Positions 29,894 to 39,749 of a stretch of DNA of 64,000 bases are shown one piece after another. The stretch spans positions 1,152,001 to 1,216,000 of the forward strand of contig CP122380.1 of the NCBI GenBank assembly GCA_024650005.2. Direction: 5' to 3'. Source of the stretch: Candidatus Bathyarchaeum tardum (lineage in GTDB: Archaea > Thermoproteota > Bathyarchaeia > Bathyarchaeales > Bathyarchaeaceae). The notes beneath the pieces were generated by a model, which worked only from the letters and a program-made list of their open reading frames with translations, ran no database searches and was not told the origin of the DNA. The stretch's first letter is position 1; every line of letters starts with the position of its first letter. The position numbers and the translations under genes are program-made.

Positions 29894-29912
29894 TCAAGAA
29901 ACCTTGACTAAC
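29894..29912 (-). promoter_or_regulatory. Distant copy of the TCAAG-N4-CTTGA operator
   Basis: Reverse complement GTTAGTCAAGGTTTCTTGA is identical to 7503-7521. Confidence 0.6.
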
Positions 29913-30140
29913 TGTTTTTTTGAGACAAGTGTAGAGTACAACATGCAGAGAGTTTAGACAAGAAAAGAGAAGTCAAGACGACTCGACAGGAGCAAACAGG
30001 ACATTAATTCAAAACAGGCAAAGAAATAAGGGAAAATTTGAAACCCAAACCCACTTCACAAACTGTGAACCTGAATTAAAACCTAACAATAAATCACCAA
30101 TATTGTATTATCATTCTAAGACTCTTTCCTTCAAAAACAA

Positions 30141-30298
30141 TTGTTGTTGTTGACCCCCCCTCCCCTCCAACAACAACAAAACTAACTTTTTTTACACCAT
30201 TTTAAACTACAAGTAGTTGTTGTAAAGTTCCTGTAGCAAAAAAACAACTACTTCTATCTTCTTTTTTTGGTTCTTGTAGAATAGAATTACCTAGGTAA
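30141..30298. repeat. Cluster of perfect inverted repeats
   Basis: TTGTTGTTGTTG/CAACAACAACAA (30141-30179, C-rich loop), AAGTAGTTGTT/AACAACTACTT (30211-30253), palindrome TTACCTAGGTAA (30287-30298). Confidence 0.8.
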
Positions 30299-30592
30299 AA
30301 TTCAAACAGGAGCAAAAAATGTCATAAAACTGTAGGAGACCTAACAACATGCCAAAAAACGCCATTCTATAAATGTAAAACTTTCTTGGAACAAAATTTT
30401 GGTATATCAAAAACCGAAATGTACCTTAAATGATTTTGATTAACTCAGCATTCTTGTGAGTGCGTACATTTCTATTTCCCCTTGATGTCACAATCAAGTT
30501 TTGTGCGCATTCATTCCATTTTATTCATTGTTGCTTTAGGTGCAAAAACCAGCAAAACAATAAAGCATTAACATTAAACAAGATACACTAGG

Positions 30593-31102
30593 ATGAAAAT
30601 CATGGACAAAATTGTTTACAAACCCCTTGGGGTTGTGTATTCCCCTTTTGAGAAACCTCAGGATGTTCCTATACAATCTGCAGCTGCTAAAGGAGTAAAG
30701 GGAACCATCCAAATACACCAAGACTACATAAACGGTTTAAAAGACCTTGACGGATTTTCTCATTTGATTTTGATATACCATTTCCATCTAGCTAAACCAT
30801 ACTCTTTGCAGGTTAAACCCTTTTTAGACCAAAAACTTCATGGACTGTTTTCTACCCGTGCGCCTTCCCGTCCTAACCCAATTGGCATTTCAGTTGTCCG
30901 CCTTGAGAAAATAGAAAAAAACATTCTTCACATACAAGACGTAGACATAGTAAACAAAACCCCATTGTTAGACATCAAACCTTACGTGCCCAGTTTTGAC
31001 CAAAGAAACACAGAAAAAATAGGCTGGCTGACCAAAAACATCAACAAATTGTCTTCAACACGAGACGATGGCAGATTCGCCAAAAACCCCCAACAAAAAT
31101 AG
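30593..31102 (+). CDS. trmO: tRNA m6t6A37 methyltransferase TrmO/TsaA family
   Basis: GLKDLDGFSHL, GLFSTRAPSRPNPIG, TPLLDIKPY. Confidence 0.9.
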   Translation: MKIMDKIVYKPLGVVYSPFEKPQDVPIQSAAAKGVKGTIQIHQDYINGLKDLDGFSHLILIYHFHLAKPYSLQVKPFLDQKLHGLFSTRAPSRPNPIGISVVRLEKIEKNILHIQDVDIVNKTPLLDIKPYVPSFDQRNTEKIGWLTKNINKLSSTRDDGRFAKNPQQK

Positions 31103-31113
31103 ATTTAATTGCA

Positions 31114-31773
31114 TTATTGTGGTTTTGTTGCTGTCAGTATTGCGATTTCTAGCCATTTGTATTGGCAGTCGACTTGGGTGTATCCGATTTGTTTGAGCCA
31201 TTCTAGTTGGGTGTGTACATCTAGGAGCTTGTTTGAGGGGTCGTCTGTTTCTGGGGTTAACCCTACTGCTGTTAAGAATTTTTGATGTAACTCAGGGGTT
31301 GCAGAGGCTACATGTTCCATGTTAAGAAAAACCCCGTTGGGTTTGAGGAGTTCAAAAATTTCTTTGTACAGCTGCTTTTTGCGTTCATCAAATAGATGAT
31401 GAATGGCTAGCCCTGAAATAACTAAATCAAATTTTTTCCATTGATTTTTGGGCAAGGGCATGTTAAGGTCATGCTTTATTACTTCAGCTAGACTGTTGTT
31501 TTCAAACCGTTTCCGGGCACGCTTTAGCATATGGTCAGAAAAGTCTAGTGCTACACCCTTTGCTTTTGGGTTTAACTGCAAAACCATCCACAGTAATCTG
31601 CCATCCCCTGTGCCCAAATCCAAAACATGAGTTACGTTAGATGGGATTTGTTCCAACAAAACAGACAGGGCTTCTTTCTTGTGCGGAACATTGTCTGCCA
31701 TTTTTTCAAGGTAATTATTGACATGTTTTTCGTCTGTCCATTTGTTAATGTCAGATGACTTGTTGTTTTGCAT
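31114..31773 (-). CDS. Class I SAM-dependent methyltransferase
   Basis: VLDLGTGDG, FDLVISGLAIHH, LKPNGVF. Confidence 0.9.
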   Translation of the reverse strand: MQNNKSSDINKWTDEKHVNNYLEKMADNVPHKKEALSVLLEQIPSNVTHVLDLGTGDGRLLWMVLQLNPKAKGVALDFSDHMLKRARKRFENNSLAEVIKHDLNMPLPKNQWKKFDLVISGLAIHHLFDERKKQLYKEIFELLKPNGVFLNMEHVASATPELHQKFLTAVGLTPETDDPSNKLLDVHTQLEWLKQIGYTQVDCQYKWLEIAILTATKPQ

Positions 31774-31851
31774 TTTTGGTCCTCGTTTCTTTATTTTACA
31801 GGCAAACTACTAAAACTAGTTTGTCGTATTTTGTGCAGAGTGAAACAAAGC

Positions 31852-32625
31852 ATGTTCTTTGAAGAGAATTTGGCAAGCTTGAATCTGCTGGTACAAGAAC
31901 ACAACTTACGATTTGAAAAACGAGGCAGCAGACTAATTCTGATTGAACAAGTACCAAGGATTCTAAACAATCTATCAACATTAAAAGAACAACTTAAACA
32001 AAAATACAACCTGCGTTTTGATTGGGACCAAAAATACTGGTACATCGGACACGACGGAATCAAACGCTTATCTGAAAGAAAAATGAAATGCCAACCCTCA
32101 AAATCTGTAGAGCAGCTAAAACAACAACTGTCAGATTATATCCGCCAAATCAGAGATCCGAACCTAAGAAGCAATATTGAACAATTATTGTCAGATTTTC
32201 CATACTATTTTGAATGCCCTGGAGCTAAACGGTTCCATCATGCATACAAACACGGTTTGTTAGAGCACACCGTACAGATAATTGAGCTGTGTTTTGGCAT
32301 GATAAACACTTTTGATGACGGCATTCGAATAAATCCAGATTTAGTAATTGTAGGTAGCATTTTGCATGACATAGGAAAAATCAACTGCTACCAGTTTGTA
32401 GACGGCGCAATAGATACCCTGCCTATAATCGCAGAACACGACCACATAGTAAACGGAATAAAACTAGCTAGCCAATACATCAATGGTTCGCAACTTGACC
32501 AACTAATCCACATTATTGCTAGCCACCACAAAGAAAAAAACTACGGCTCCCCGGTAACCCCAATATCGAATGAAGCATGGTTAATCAATACGGCAGATGA
32601 CCTATCATCAAAAATAATGGGATAA
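31852..32625 (+). CDS. HD-domain phosphohydrolase (YhaM/Cbf1-like)
   Basis: HHAYKHGLLEHT, LHDIGK, IASHH, ADDLSS. Confidence 0.85.
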   Translation: MFFEENLASLNLLVQEHNLRFEKRGSRLILIEQVPRILNNLSTLKEQLKQKYNLRFDWDQKYWYIGHDGIKRLSERKMKCQPSKSVEQLKQQLSDYIRQIRDPNLRSNIEQLLSDFPYYFECPGAKRFHHAYKHGLLEHTVQIIELCFGMINTFDDGIRINPDLVIVGSILHDIGKINCYQFVDGAIDTLPIIAEHDHIVNGIKLASQYINGSQLDQLIHIIASHHKEKNYGSPVTPISNEAWLINTADDLSSKIMG

Positions 32626-32676
32626 AAAAAACTTAAGTTAACAATAGTAACAAAACTGACCAAGGGTCTATTTAGA

Positions 32677-33771
32677 ATGAGTACAAAAGAATTAAGGCTT
32701 GGTAAAAACGAGTCCAGCATATTTTTACTATTTCTTAAGGATCAGCCCCGAGACTTGATTGGAATTCTAAGGAAAACAAAGGCAATTCTTAACTTTCTTC
32801 TAGTTGAGTTCCAACACCGGTTACTAAAGCCTGCACATGTTGTAGGATTCCCATATTACTTAACAATCGAAACTGGAAACCTTTGCCCATTACGTTGTTC
32901 TTTATGCCCAACTGGACAACGAAAACAAGGTTTACCTCAGGGTTTTCTCAGTTTTGAAAACTATAAAAAAATAATTGATGAACTCGCCGATTACATATTA
33001 ATACTTGAGTTGTACAATTGGGGTGAACCCTTTCTAAACAAGGATTTTTTTAGAATGGTAAGATATGCTAGACGCCACAACATTTTTGTGACTACTAGTT
33101 CTAGCTTAAACGTTTTTGATGACCAAATCTGCAATGACCTATTGCATTCTGGCTTAAACGTGTTGATGGTTTCTTTGGATGGAGCAAGCCAAGAAACTGT
33201 TGAAACTTATCAACGCGGAAACGATTTCATTAAAGTGTTTGGCAACCTGAAACAGATCATTAAAGAAAAACGGGCTCTTAATCTTCGAAAGCCTTTGTTG
33301 CAGTGGAGGTTTTTTGTAACAAAATTCAACGAAAAAGAGTTGCTTAAAGCGGAACAGTTAGCAGAAGACGTAGGTGTTGATTACCTAGAGTTGGCGAAAC
33401 TTCTTTGTGACATGAGTCAAAGATTTTTTTTAGACGCCAAATCTCAGTTTGAAAACGTGAAAAAATGGTTACCCAAAGACCAACGATATTCTGCATACTC
33501 TATAGCTTCAGGGAAACGAAAAAATGTAATTGTCAAAGATTGTTCATCTTTGTGGACTAGATCAGTAATAAACTGGGACGGCAACGTTTTCCCCTGTTGT
33601 GGCGTGTACAGCGAAAAATGGAGTTTCGGAAATGTATTTACAGACGGATTTTTTGCAATATGGAATAATGATGCCTATCGGGCTTCACGAGAAACAGTTG
33701 CATTTGACAAAACTCGCAAACAAAAAAAGACTGTTTGCCAAATTTGTGCAAAAAATAAAGCCATGCAATAA
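32677..33771 (+). CDS. Radical SAM/SPASM domain protein
   Basis: CPLRCSLC, NWGEPFL, C-terminal C...INWDGNVFPCC...CQIC. Confidence 0.9.
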   Translation: MSTKELRLGKNESSIFLLFLKDQPRDLIGILRKTKAILNFLLVEFQHRLLKPAHVVGFPYYLTIETGNLCPLRCSLCPTGQRKQGLPQGFLSFENYKKIIDELADYILILELYNWGEPFLNKDFFRMVRYARRHNIFVTTSSSLNVFDDQICNDLLHSGLNVLMVSLDGASQETVETYQRGNDFIKVFGNLKQIIKEKRALNLRKPLLQWRFFVTKFNEKELLKAEQLAEDVGVDYLELAKLLCDMSQRFFLDAKSQFENVKKWLPKDQRYSAYSIASGKRKNVIVKDCSSLWTRSVINWDGNVFPCCGVYSEKWSFGNVFTDGFFAIWNNDAYRASRETVAFDKTRKQKKTVCQICAKNKAMQ

Positions 33772-33938
33772 AAAACAAGAAACTGATTGCCGAAATTTGA
33801 AAACTGGACTTGACCTTCTGCAAAATTATAATGGAAATCATTTTACACTTCAAAGAAGCGGCACTATGAATCAGGGAAAAATAAGAGTATATGTTAAGAA
33901 AAAAAATTTTCCTGATAGTTTACAACTATTTTAAAGAA

Positions 33939-35147
33939 TTAAATTAGACCGTTTCCTAGTTTTTGTTTGACCGTCTCTAATTGTTGAGGTATATTGATTT
34001 GTTGGGGGCATTTTGGTACACATTGATTGCATTGAATGCAAAGATTTGCGTTTCCATTGAGGTTGTTTTTATTGAGCTTGTCTTTTGTGTTGGCTAGTTT
34101 TTTGTAAGCTCGTTTTGCCATTATTCGACGTAAACGGCTAATTTCTAAAGAAACATTGTTTAAACAAGCAAAATTTTGAGGAATATTAACCCCTTCTGGA
34201 CATGGCAGGCAATAACCACATGCAGTACACGGGACAGTCAGCTTTTCTCGGTAAACTTCAGCAAGCCTTCTTACTATTTTTAGGTCCTGTTCAGTCAACG
34301 AATTAGGTCCCGAATGGTCAGCACTGGTACAATTCTGGTCTATCATTTCTTTTGTGTTCATGCCGCTTAAAATAACAGAAACTTCAGGCATGTTCCACAC
34401 AAACTGCAGCGCCCAATCTACTGCACTGCGTTTAATTGGAGCTGAATCTATTATCTTTTGAGCTTCTGACGGCAAATTTGCCAATGTTCCACCTTTGAGG
34501 GGCTCCATAACCGTGACTGCAATGTCTTTACTGTGAGCATACTTTATGCCCTGCGTTGTAGCCTGCACGTTTGTGTCCACGTAATTGTATTGTACAAGGG
34601 TTAGGTCCCATGGATAATAATCAACAATTTGTTTGAAAACCGGCAAGGTGTCATGAAACGAAAAACCAATACTGTGAATCAAGCCTTCTTGTTTGGCTTT
34701 TTCCATTTTTTTAATTAAATTTAACTTTATTAGTTTCTCAAATGAGCTGGAACTTAACGCATGAAACAAATATCCATCCAAATAGTCTGTCTGTAAACGT
34801 TTCATCTGACTTGTTAGGTACTTGTCAAAATGTTTTGCATTACGAACCATGAACATGGGCAACTTTGTAACCAAAAATACCCGTTCACGATAGCCTTCTT
34901 TTAGGGCTTCCCCCAAAATTTTTTCGCTGTCTCCTAGATGATATGGCCATGCAGTATCAATGTAATTAATTCCTTGGTCAATTCCGTACCGTATAACATC
35001 TACAGACTTTTTAGTATCAGCCCGCAACCTGTTAATTCTACGGGCAGGCAACCGCATACAACCAAATCCAAGAGTAGAAACCTTCCATTCGATAGATCCA
35101 AGTTTTCTATAATTCAACAATGTGACCCCTGTTAAAACAAAATCCAT
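33939..35147 (-). CDS. Aldo/keto reductase with a C-terminal 4Fe-4S dicluster domain
   Basis: LGFGCMRLP, YIDTAWPY, VMEPLKGG, CTACGYCLPCP, CIQCNQCVPKCPQ. Confidence 0.92.
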   Translation of the reverse strand: MDFVLTGVTLLNYRKLGSIEWKVSTLGFGCMRLPARRINRLRADTKKSVDVIRYGIDQGINYIDTAWPYHLGDSEKILGEALKEGYRERVFLVTKLPMFMVRNAKHFDKYLTSQMKRLQTDYLDGYLFHALSSSSFEKLIKLNLIKKMEKAKQEGLIHSIGFSFHDTLPVFKQIVDYYPWDLTLVQYNYVDTNVQATTQGIKYAHSKDIAVTVMEPLKGGTLANLPSEAQKIIDSAPIKRSAVDWALQFVWNMPEVSVILSGMNTKEMIDQNCTSADHSGPNSLTEQDLKIVRRLAEVYREKLTVPCTACGYCLPCPEGVNIPQNFACLNNVSLEISRLRRIMAKRAYKKLANTKDKLNKNNLNGNANLCIQCNQCVPKCPQQINIPQQLETVKQKLGNGLI

Positions 35148-35404
35148 TACCTTAAATAACTAAATAATTACAGTTCGGCAAAATTTTATCGTTCCGATTT
35201 TTTTTTTTAAAAAAAAACTTTAATGCCCAAAATGCACCAAAAACGAAAAAAAGTAACCTACGTGAAATGAATCAATTTTTTATTTATAAAAATAAATCTA
35301 ATTTTTAAAATCAGATATATGGATTGTTAATCAATATTTTTTTTTCATAATTTAATTATATACAAAAAATCATGATTGGTTGATAGAATTAGGAGCCCAA
35401 ACAA

Positions 35405-35575
35405 ATGAACTCTGCACTAACTCAAAACAGAGAAAAAATCAAAACAGTAATGATGCAGACCTTCCAAACTGAAATGCAAAACTTAAACCCAAACATGCAA
35501 AACATGTTGGTTGACGACCTTGTAACAGCTTTTTATTCTAGGCTGAAAGTTATGAAAAAAATCTCACAAAAATAA
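35405..35575 (+). CDS. 56-aa helical hypothetical protein (not in ORF track)
   Basis: AGGAG SD; MNSALTQNREKIKTVMMQTFQTEMQNLNPNMQNMLVDDLVTAFYSRLKVMKKISQK; ends 19 nt before the wHTH gene. Confidence 0.6.
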   Translation: MNSALTQNREKIKTVMMQTFQTEMQNLNPNMQNMLVDDLVTAFYSRLKVMKKISQK

Positions 35576-35594
35576 TTAGGAAGGTTCCACGGAC

Positions 35595-35888
35595 ATGCGC
35601 AGATCAAGAATGGAAACCCACTTAGAAATCTTAAAAATTTTGGCTCAAAAGCGTAGCCTAAAACTCACTGAATTAATGTATGAAACCAACACAAACTGCA
35701 GTGTCCTTAAAGAACACCTAAAATTTTTAGTTCGAAAAGAACTCATTGTAGAAAACAGCCTAAAAAACAAAAACATAGTCTACGATGTAACCGAACAAGG
35801 ATTGATGGTACTAAAGCACTTCAACGAACTTGAAACAATATTATCAAAAACAAAAACTAAACCCGTAAAAATTCAAACAATCCTCTAA
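35595..35888 (+). CDS. Winged-HTH regulator (HTH_45-like)
   Basis: MRRSRME...LKLTELMYETNTN...YDVTEQG. Confidence 0.85.
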   Translation: MRRSRMETHLEILKILAQKRSLKLTELMYETNTNCSVLKEHLKFLVRKELIVENSLKNKNIVYDVTEQGLMVLKHFNELETILSKTKTKPVKIQTIL

Positions 35889-36118
35889 CAACATTTCGGT
35901 CAGATTATTGAAATCCACATTTTAGTGACAAATCCTGACAGTTTCTTTATTTTACTGCAGGTATAAAACGTAGCCTAAACCGGATTATAGATTATTTAAA
36001 AAAACAAATCCCAAAATCAATTATCAAACCGTATTTTTTGATGGTTATCTGCAACATAAAAATTTTATCTTGTCTATGATTGAATCTTTTTAGGTATGAC
36101 CTGTTACTGTAGTTAACG

Positions 36119-36382
36119 GTGTTTGTTTTGGGCAAGATTGACCATCAACGCGGACAACAGTTAACCCTTAGATGCGGGAAATGCAAAAGACCGCTAGGCA
36201 TTTTTTATGTACAAAAAAGCGTTACTTGTAAACCCAAAATTGAAGTGTTGAAAGGCTCAGTGCACAAAACATGTAAAGGAACCATGAAAATTCATGCCAT
36301 CTGTAAATGTGGAGAAAAAACTGTTTTTGAAAACAATTCAGAAACTCCAACTAAACAAGGATGGAAGCGACTGAACCAGTGA
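36119..36382 (+). CDS. Small putative Zn-binding protein
   Basis: RCGKC...ICKCG; its stop overlaps the next GTG (GTGA). Confidence 0.5.
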   Translation: MFVLGKIDHQRGQQLTLRCGKCKRPLGIFYVQKSVTCKPKIEVLKGSVHKTCKGTMKIHAICKCGEKTVFENNSETPTKQGWKRLNQ

Positions 36383-37341
36383 ACAATACAAAAACTGTCC
36401 TAATTGTCATACTTGTTTTCGCATTGTTTTCATACAATATTCCATTAACTTCCGCCCAGACTGAAACCAATGTAACTGTACACTTTATCGATGTGGGACA
36501 AGGGGACAGCATATTCATAGACACCCACGAAAAAGACGTACTCATTGACGCTGGTTCCAAATCAGCAACTCAAACTGTATTGAACTACCTTGCAAATTTG
36601 AACATAACCCATATTCATCTAGTCCTCGCAACCCATGCACACGAAGACCACATCGGCGGCCTAGTTGGCGTACTTAACTCAAACATTACCATCGACACAG
36701 TTCTTTATAACAATCAAACCTACACTTCTGCAACATACACAAACTTTGTTTCAGCTGCACAACCTCATAATCTCACTGTAGCCCAAAGAGGACAAATCTA
36801 CATCTTAACACAAACCACAAACCTAACCGTCCTTAACCCCGTTCAGCCCCTTGAATTCAGTCACCAAAACGACAACAGCATCGTAACCAAACTCCAAACC
36901 GGAAACATATCCTTTCTTTTCACTGGAGACGCGGAAACCCCAGCTGAGAACAGCATGCTAATTTCCTCTGTAAGCAGCCTTCAATGTGAAGTCCTAAAAA
37001 TTGGACACCACGGAAGCAAAACAGCAACCAGCCAAACTTTACTTGATATAACTAACCCTAAATACGCAATCATAAGCGCTGGACTAAACAACAAATATGG
37101 TCATCCTCATAACGAAACCTTACAAACCCTTGAAACAAAAAACGTAACAACCTACTGCACAATAAACTCTGGTTCAATAGTCATACAAACAACAGGAAAC
37201 GATATAACTTTCCTAGACAACCCAACCCCAATAATTATCCCCGAAATCCCCCAAACCTTGGTGTTGCTAGTTCTAGCAGTAACACTAACCGTTGCAGCCT
37301 TCTGTAAACAAAAAAGAACAAAAACAAACAACAAACTCTAA
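36379..37341 (+). CDS. Secreted ComEC/Rec2-type metallo-beta-lactamase hydrolase
   Basis: FIDVGQGDS, THAHEDHIGG, FTGDAE, KIGHHGS, YGHPH; signal peptide; IPEIP-TM-basic tail. Confidence 0.88.
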   Translation: MNNTKTVLIVILVFALFSYNIPLTSAQTETNVTVHFIDVGQGDSIFIDTHEKDVLIDAGSKSATQTVLNYLANLNITHIHLVLATHAHEDHIGGLVGVLNSNITIDTVLYNNQTYTSATYTNFVSAAQPHNLTVAQRGQIYILTQTTNLTVLNPVQPLEFSHQNDNSIVTKLQTGNISFLFTGDAETPAENSMLISSVSSLQCEVLKIGHHGSKTATSQTLLDITNPKYAIISAGLNNKYGHPHNETLQTLETKNVTTYCTINSGSIVIQTTGNDITFLDNPTPIIIPEIPQTLVLLVLAVTLTVAAFCKQKRTKTNNKL

Positions 37342-37409
37342 GCTACATAGCCCAAGCTTTTTTACACAAAAAACCTTAATGTACAATGTTAACTCTGGAA
37401 CACAGGTGC

Positions 37410-37943
37410 CTACAAAGATGCTCCAAGAGTGTAAGCCTTGCCTAATTCTGTTTGGTCTTTTGTAATATCGCCTTTATTGTATGCTTTACCAAAAACTGTA
37501 CCTGCAAGTTTGACCTTGATGTATACAAACATTCGTTCAAACATGTCCTGCATCGGTTCACATGCAACTGGTCCTTCCGCAGATGGAGAAACGATAACAG
37601 CACGTTTTCCTGCTAACTTTTTGTTCTCAACAAATGGCCGCATACGATCAATCAACATTTTCATTTTCGCGGTAGGTCCATACCAATAAATCGGAGTACC
37701 AAAAACAATAACATCTGCAGATTCCATGGCGTCATAAAACGTTGACATTTCATCGTTGATGCAGCAAACGTAATCCCCTTTTTTGCAGTTTCGGCAGTCA
37801 GTACACAAAGAAATGTTGTAATCATACAAGTACAGCTTTTCGGTATCGTATCCATTTGATTTAGCTCCGTCTAGCAGCCTGTTGACCAGCAAATCGGTGT
37901 TGCCCCCTTGTCTGGGGCTGCCAATTAAAGCTAAAATTTTCAT
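37410..37943 (-). CDS. Iron-sulfur flavoprotein / flavodoxin family
   Basis: GSPRQGGNT, CxxCxxC...C, GTPIYW. Confidence 0.9.
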   Translation of the reverse strand: MKILALIGSPRQGGNTDLLVNRLLDGAKSNGYDTEKLYLYDYNISLCTDCRNCKKGDYVCCINDEMSTFYDAMESADVIVFGTPIYWYGPTAKMKMLIDRMRPFVENKKLAGKRAVIVSPSAEGPVACEPMQDMFERMFVYIKVKLAGTVFGKAYNKGDITKDQTELGKAYTLGASL

Positions 37944-37953
37944 GCTTGTCCCT

Positions 37954-38592
37954 TTACTCTTTGAAGAATCTGCGAATATCCATTAGGTCTTTCATTGTGT
38001 TCAGGGTAAACCACATGCCATGGTATGTGTATCCTTGAAGTGACTTTTTGTCTGCTATTCGTTGCATTGCTGTAAATTCAAAATCTCCTGTTTCAGGGAA
38101 CAGGGATTCTACGACACTTCGTTTGAACACGTAATGTCCAGTGCTAACGTAAAAATCAAGGGTTTGTCTTGCCTGAAAACGGATAACATCTATACCGTTA
38201 GCTAAGGTTACTTTTCCAAAGGGAATTTGAGGTTTAGCTAATAATAGCCCTGCTCCTTTTCCTGCATAATCAAACAATTCGTTGGGATCATAAAATACGA
38301 GATCGTCTACATTCATTACGTATGCTACTTTTCCTTTGACGTCTTGGAAAGCTTTGCGTGTTGCTCCACCTGTGCCTAGACTTTCTTCTTCTATCGAATA
38401 TTTAACAGGCTCTTTAGTTAGGTCAGAACGGTTTGATGCTACGATAATGTTATCAAAACCATGTGAACGAAGCCAAGTAATCTGATGGTCAATCAAAGTT
38501 TTGTTATTAATTTTCAAAAGTGGTTTAGGAACCCAAGTTGCAGGTTTTAACCTCCAACCTTCTCCTCCAGCTAAGATTATTGCTTCTCTCAC
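37954..38592 (-). CDS. Sugar-phosphate nucleotidyltransferase family protein
   Basis: AIILAGGEGWRL...PKPLL, LGTGGA. Confidence 0.88.
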   Translation of the reverse strand: MREAIILAGGEGWRLKPATWVPKPLLKINNKTLIDHQITWLRSHGFDNIIVASNRSDLTKEPVKYSIEEESLGTGGATRKAFQDVKGKVAYVMNVDDLVFYDPNELFDYAGKGAGLLLAKPQIPFGKVTLANGIDVIRFQARQTLDFYVSTGHYVFKRSVVESLFPETGDFEFTAMQRIADKKSLQGYTYHGMWFTLNTMKDLMDIRRFFKE

Positions 38593-38696
38593 AATATGTA
38601 CCCCATGTGTAAAGAATAATACTATTTGTTTTTACTTTAAGGTTTCCATATAATAATACATTTAGTAATAATGATATTAGTAGTAGTAACTAGATT

Positions 38697-38958
38697 AAAT
38701 TACGAAAGAAAGATTTTGTTATTATCACTGACAGTAATGCACCTAAAAATGGGAATACACATTCACCTATGTAAATATGAAACATACGATTTAGCGGAAG
38801 GATTAAACGAGTTTTTTAATCAAAAAGTTGAGATTCTACGGATAAAACATGGTAAAGGACAAACCCTTGATACTCTAATTACAGAAGAGGTTTTATTGTT
38901 GGCTAAGTTTTTGAGAAATGAAAGAAAAGAATGGAAACCTCGAATAACCGCTGTTTAA
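38697..38958 (+). pseudogene. Probable 5'-truncated, frameshifted Cas1-like (solo/casposase-type) C-terminal fragment
   Basis: KLRKKDFVIITD (different frame) followed by MHLKMG...LNEFFNQKVEILRIKHGKGQTLDTLITEEVLLLAKFLRNERKEWKPR; resemblance to archaeal Cas1 C-termini is from memory only. Confidence 0.5.
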
Positions 38959-38981
38959 AATATGCTAACTATTTATTGAAA

Positions 38982-39266
38982 TTATTCCAAACTTACACCC
39001 TGTTGTCTCAATTCGTTAACATACTGTTCATATGAAAGCGGACAATTAACCAAGTCTACGAATTGGTTTTTTTCTAATTTGACTTGGATTGACATTTTAT
39101 CAATTAAGTCGTCACCAATTTGATTTCCGCCATGACTGACTTTTGTAAAGACTACTGTTTTTTTTCCATTAAAATAGAATATTAAATATTTATGGTGGCT
39201 ATTTGAAGGTTGAAATCCTTTTCGACATAATCCGTTTATTACGTCTCTGACTCTCAAGGTAGCCAA
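38982..39266 (-). CDS. HicA-like toxin
   Basis: LCRKGF...SHHKYLIFY...TKVSHG HicA-type pattern, 94 aa. Confidence 0.7.
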   Translation of the reverse strand: MATLRVRDVINGLCRKGFQPSNSHHKYLIFYFNGKKTVVFTKVSHGGNQIGDDLIDKMSIQVKLEKNQFVDLVNCPLSYEQYVNELRQQGVSLE

Positions 39267-39281
39267 TTAGAAAAGCACCTT

Positions 39282-39749
39282 TTATCTTCGTACATATGTC
39301 AATATTCGCTGTCGAAGTTGTCTAGCATCTTGAGTCAAATCAGCCTCAGTAGCTTCTCCATATTCTGTAATTAAGAATGATATGTCTTCTTTGAATTCTT
39401 CTAAACCTTGGTCAAAATTTCGATTAACGGTGAAAATTCCTAATTCATTGTTTTCAAAGAGATATCCTTCTTTGTTGAGTTTAACAAGTGCAGGTATGTC
39501 ACGAGCTAACTCTATGGGTCGGTTTCCAAGATTTATGCGATTAATGTGTATACAACGAGGACTTTTTGTATATTCTTTGCTATAATCTAAAGATGCAGAA
39601 GAGCTTAAAACTGATTCGACAATTTCGGCATAAACATCAAAAAAGGATTTTGACATATCAATAGGACTAACTGTCCCTCCTTGATAATATCGATGTTTTA
39701 TCCTATCTGAAGCAGAATCAAGATAAATTTTAACTGACATCTTTCTCAT
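39282..39749 (-). CDS. Putative HicB-like antitoxin
   Basis: C-terminal ENNELGIF...GLEEFKEDISFL...LTQDARQLR; acidic; directly upstream of the HicA-like gene. Confidence 0.5.
   Translation of the reverse strand: MRKMSVKIYLDSASDRIKHRYYQGGTVSPIDMSKSFFDVYAEIVESVLSSSASLDYSKEYTKSPRCIHINRINLGNRPIELARDIPALVKLNKEGYLFENNELGIFTVNRNFDQGLEEFKEDISFLITEYGEATEADLTQDARQLRQRILTYVRR

Noticed and set aside
32677-33771. RiPP biosynthetic cluster around the radical SAM/SPASM gene
   Set aside because: No adjacent precursor peptide, RRE/PqqD domain, protease or transporter was seen
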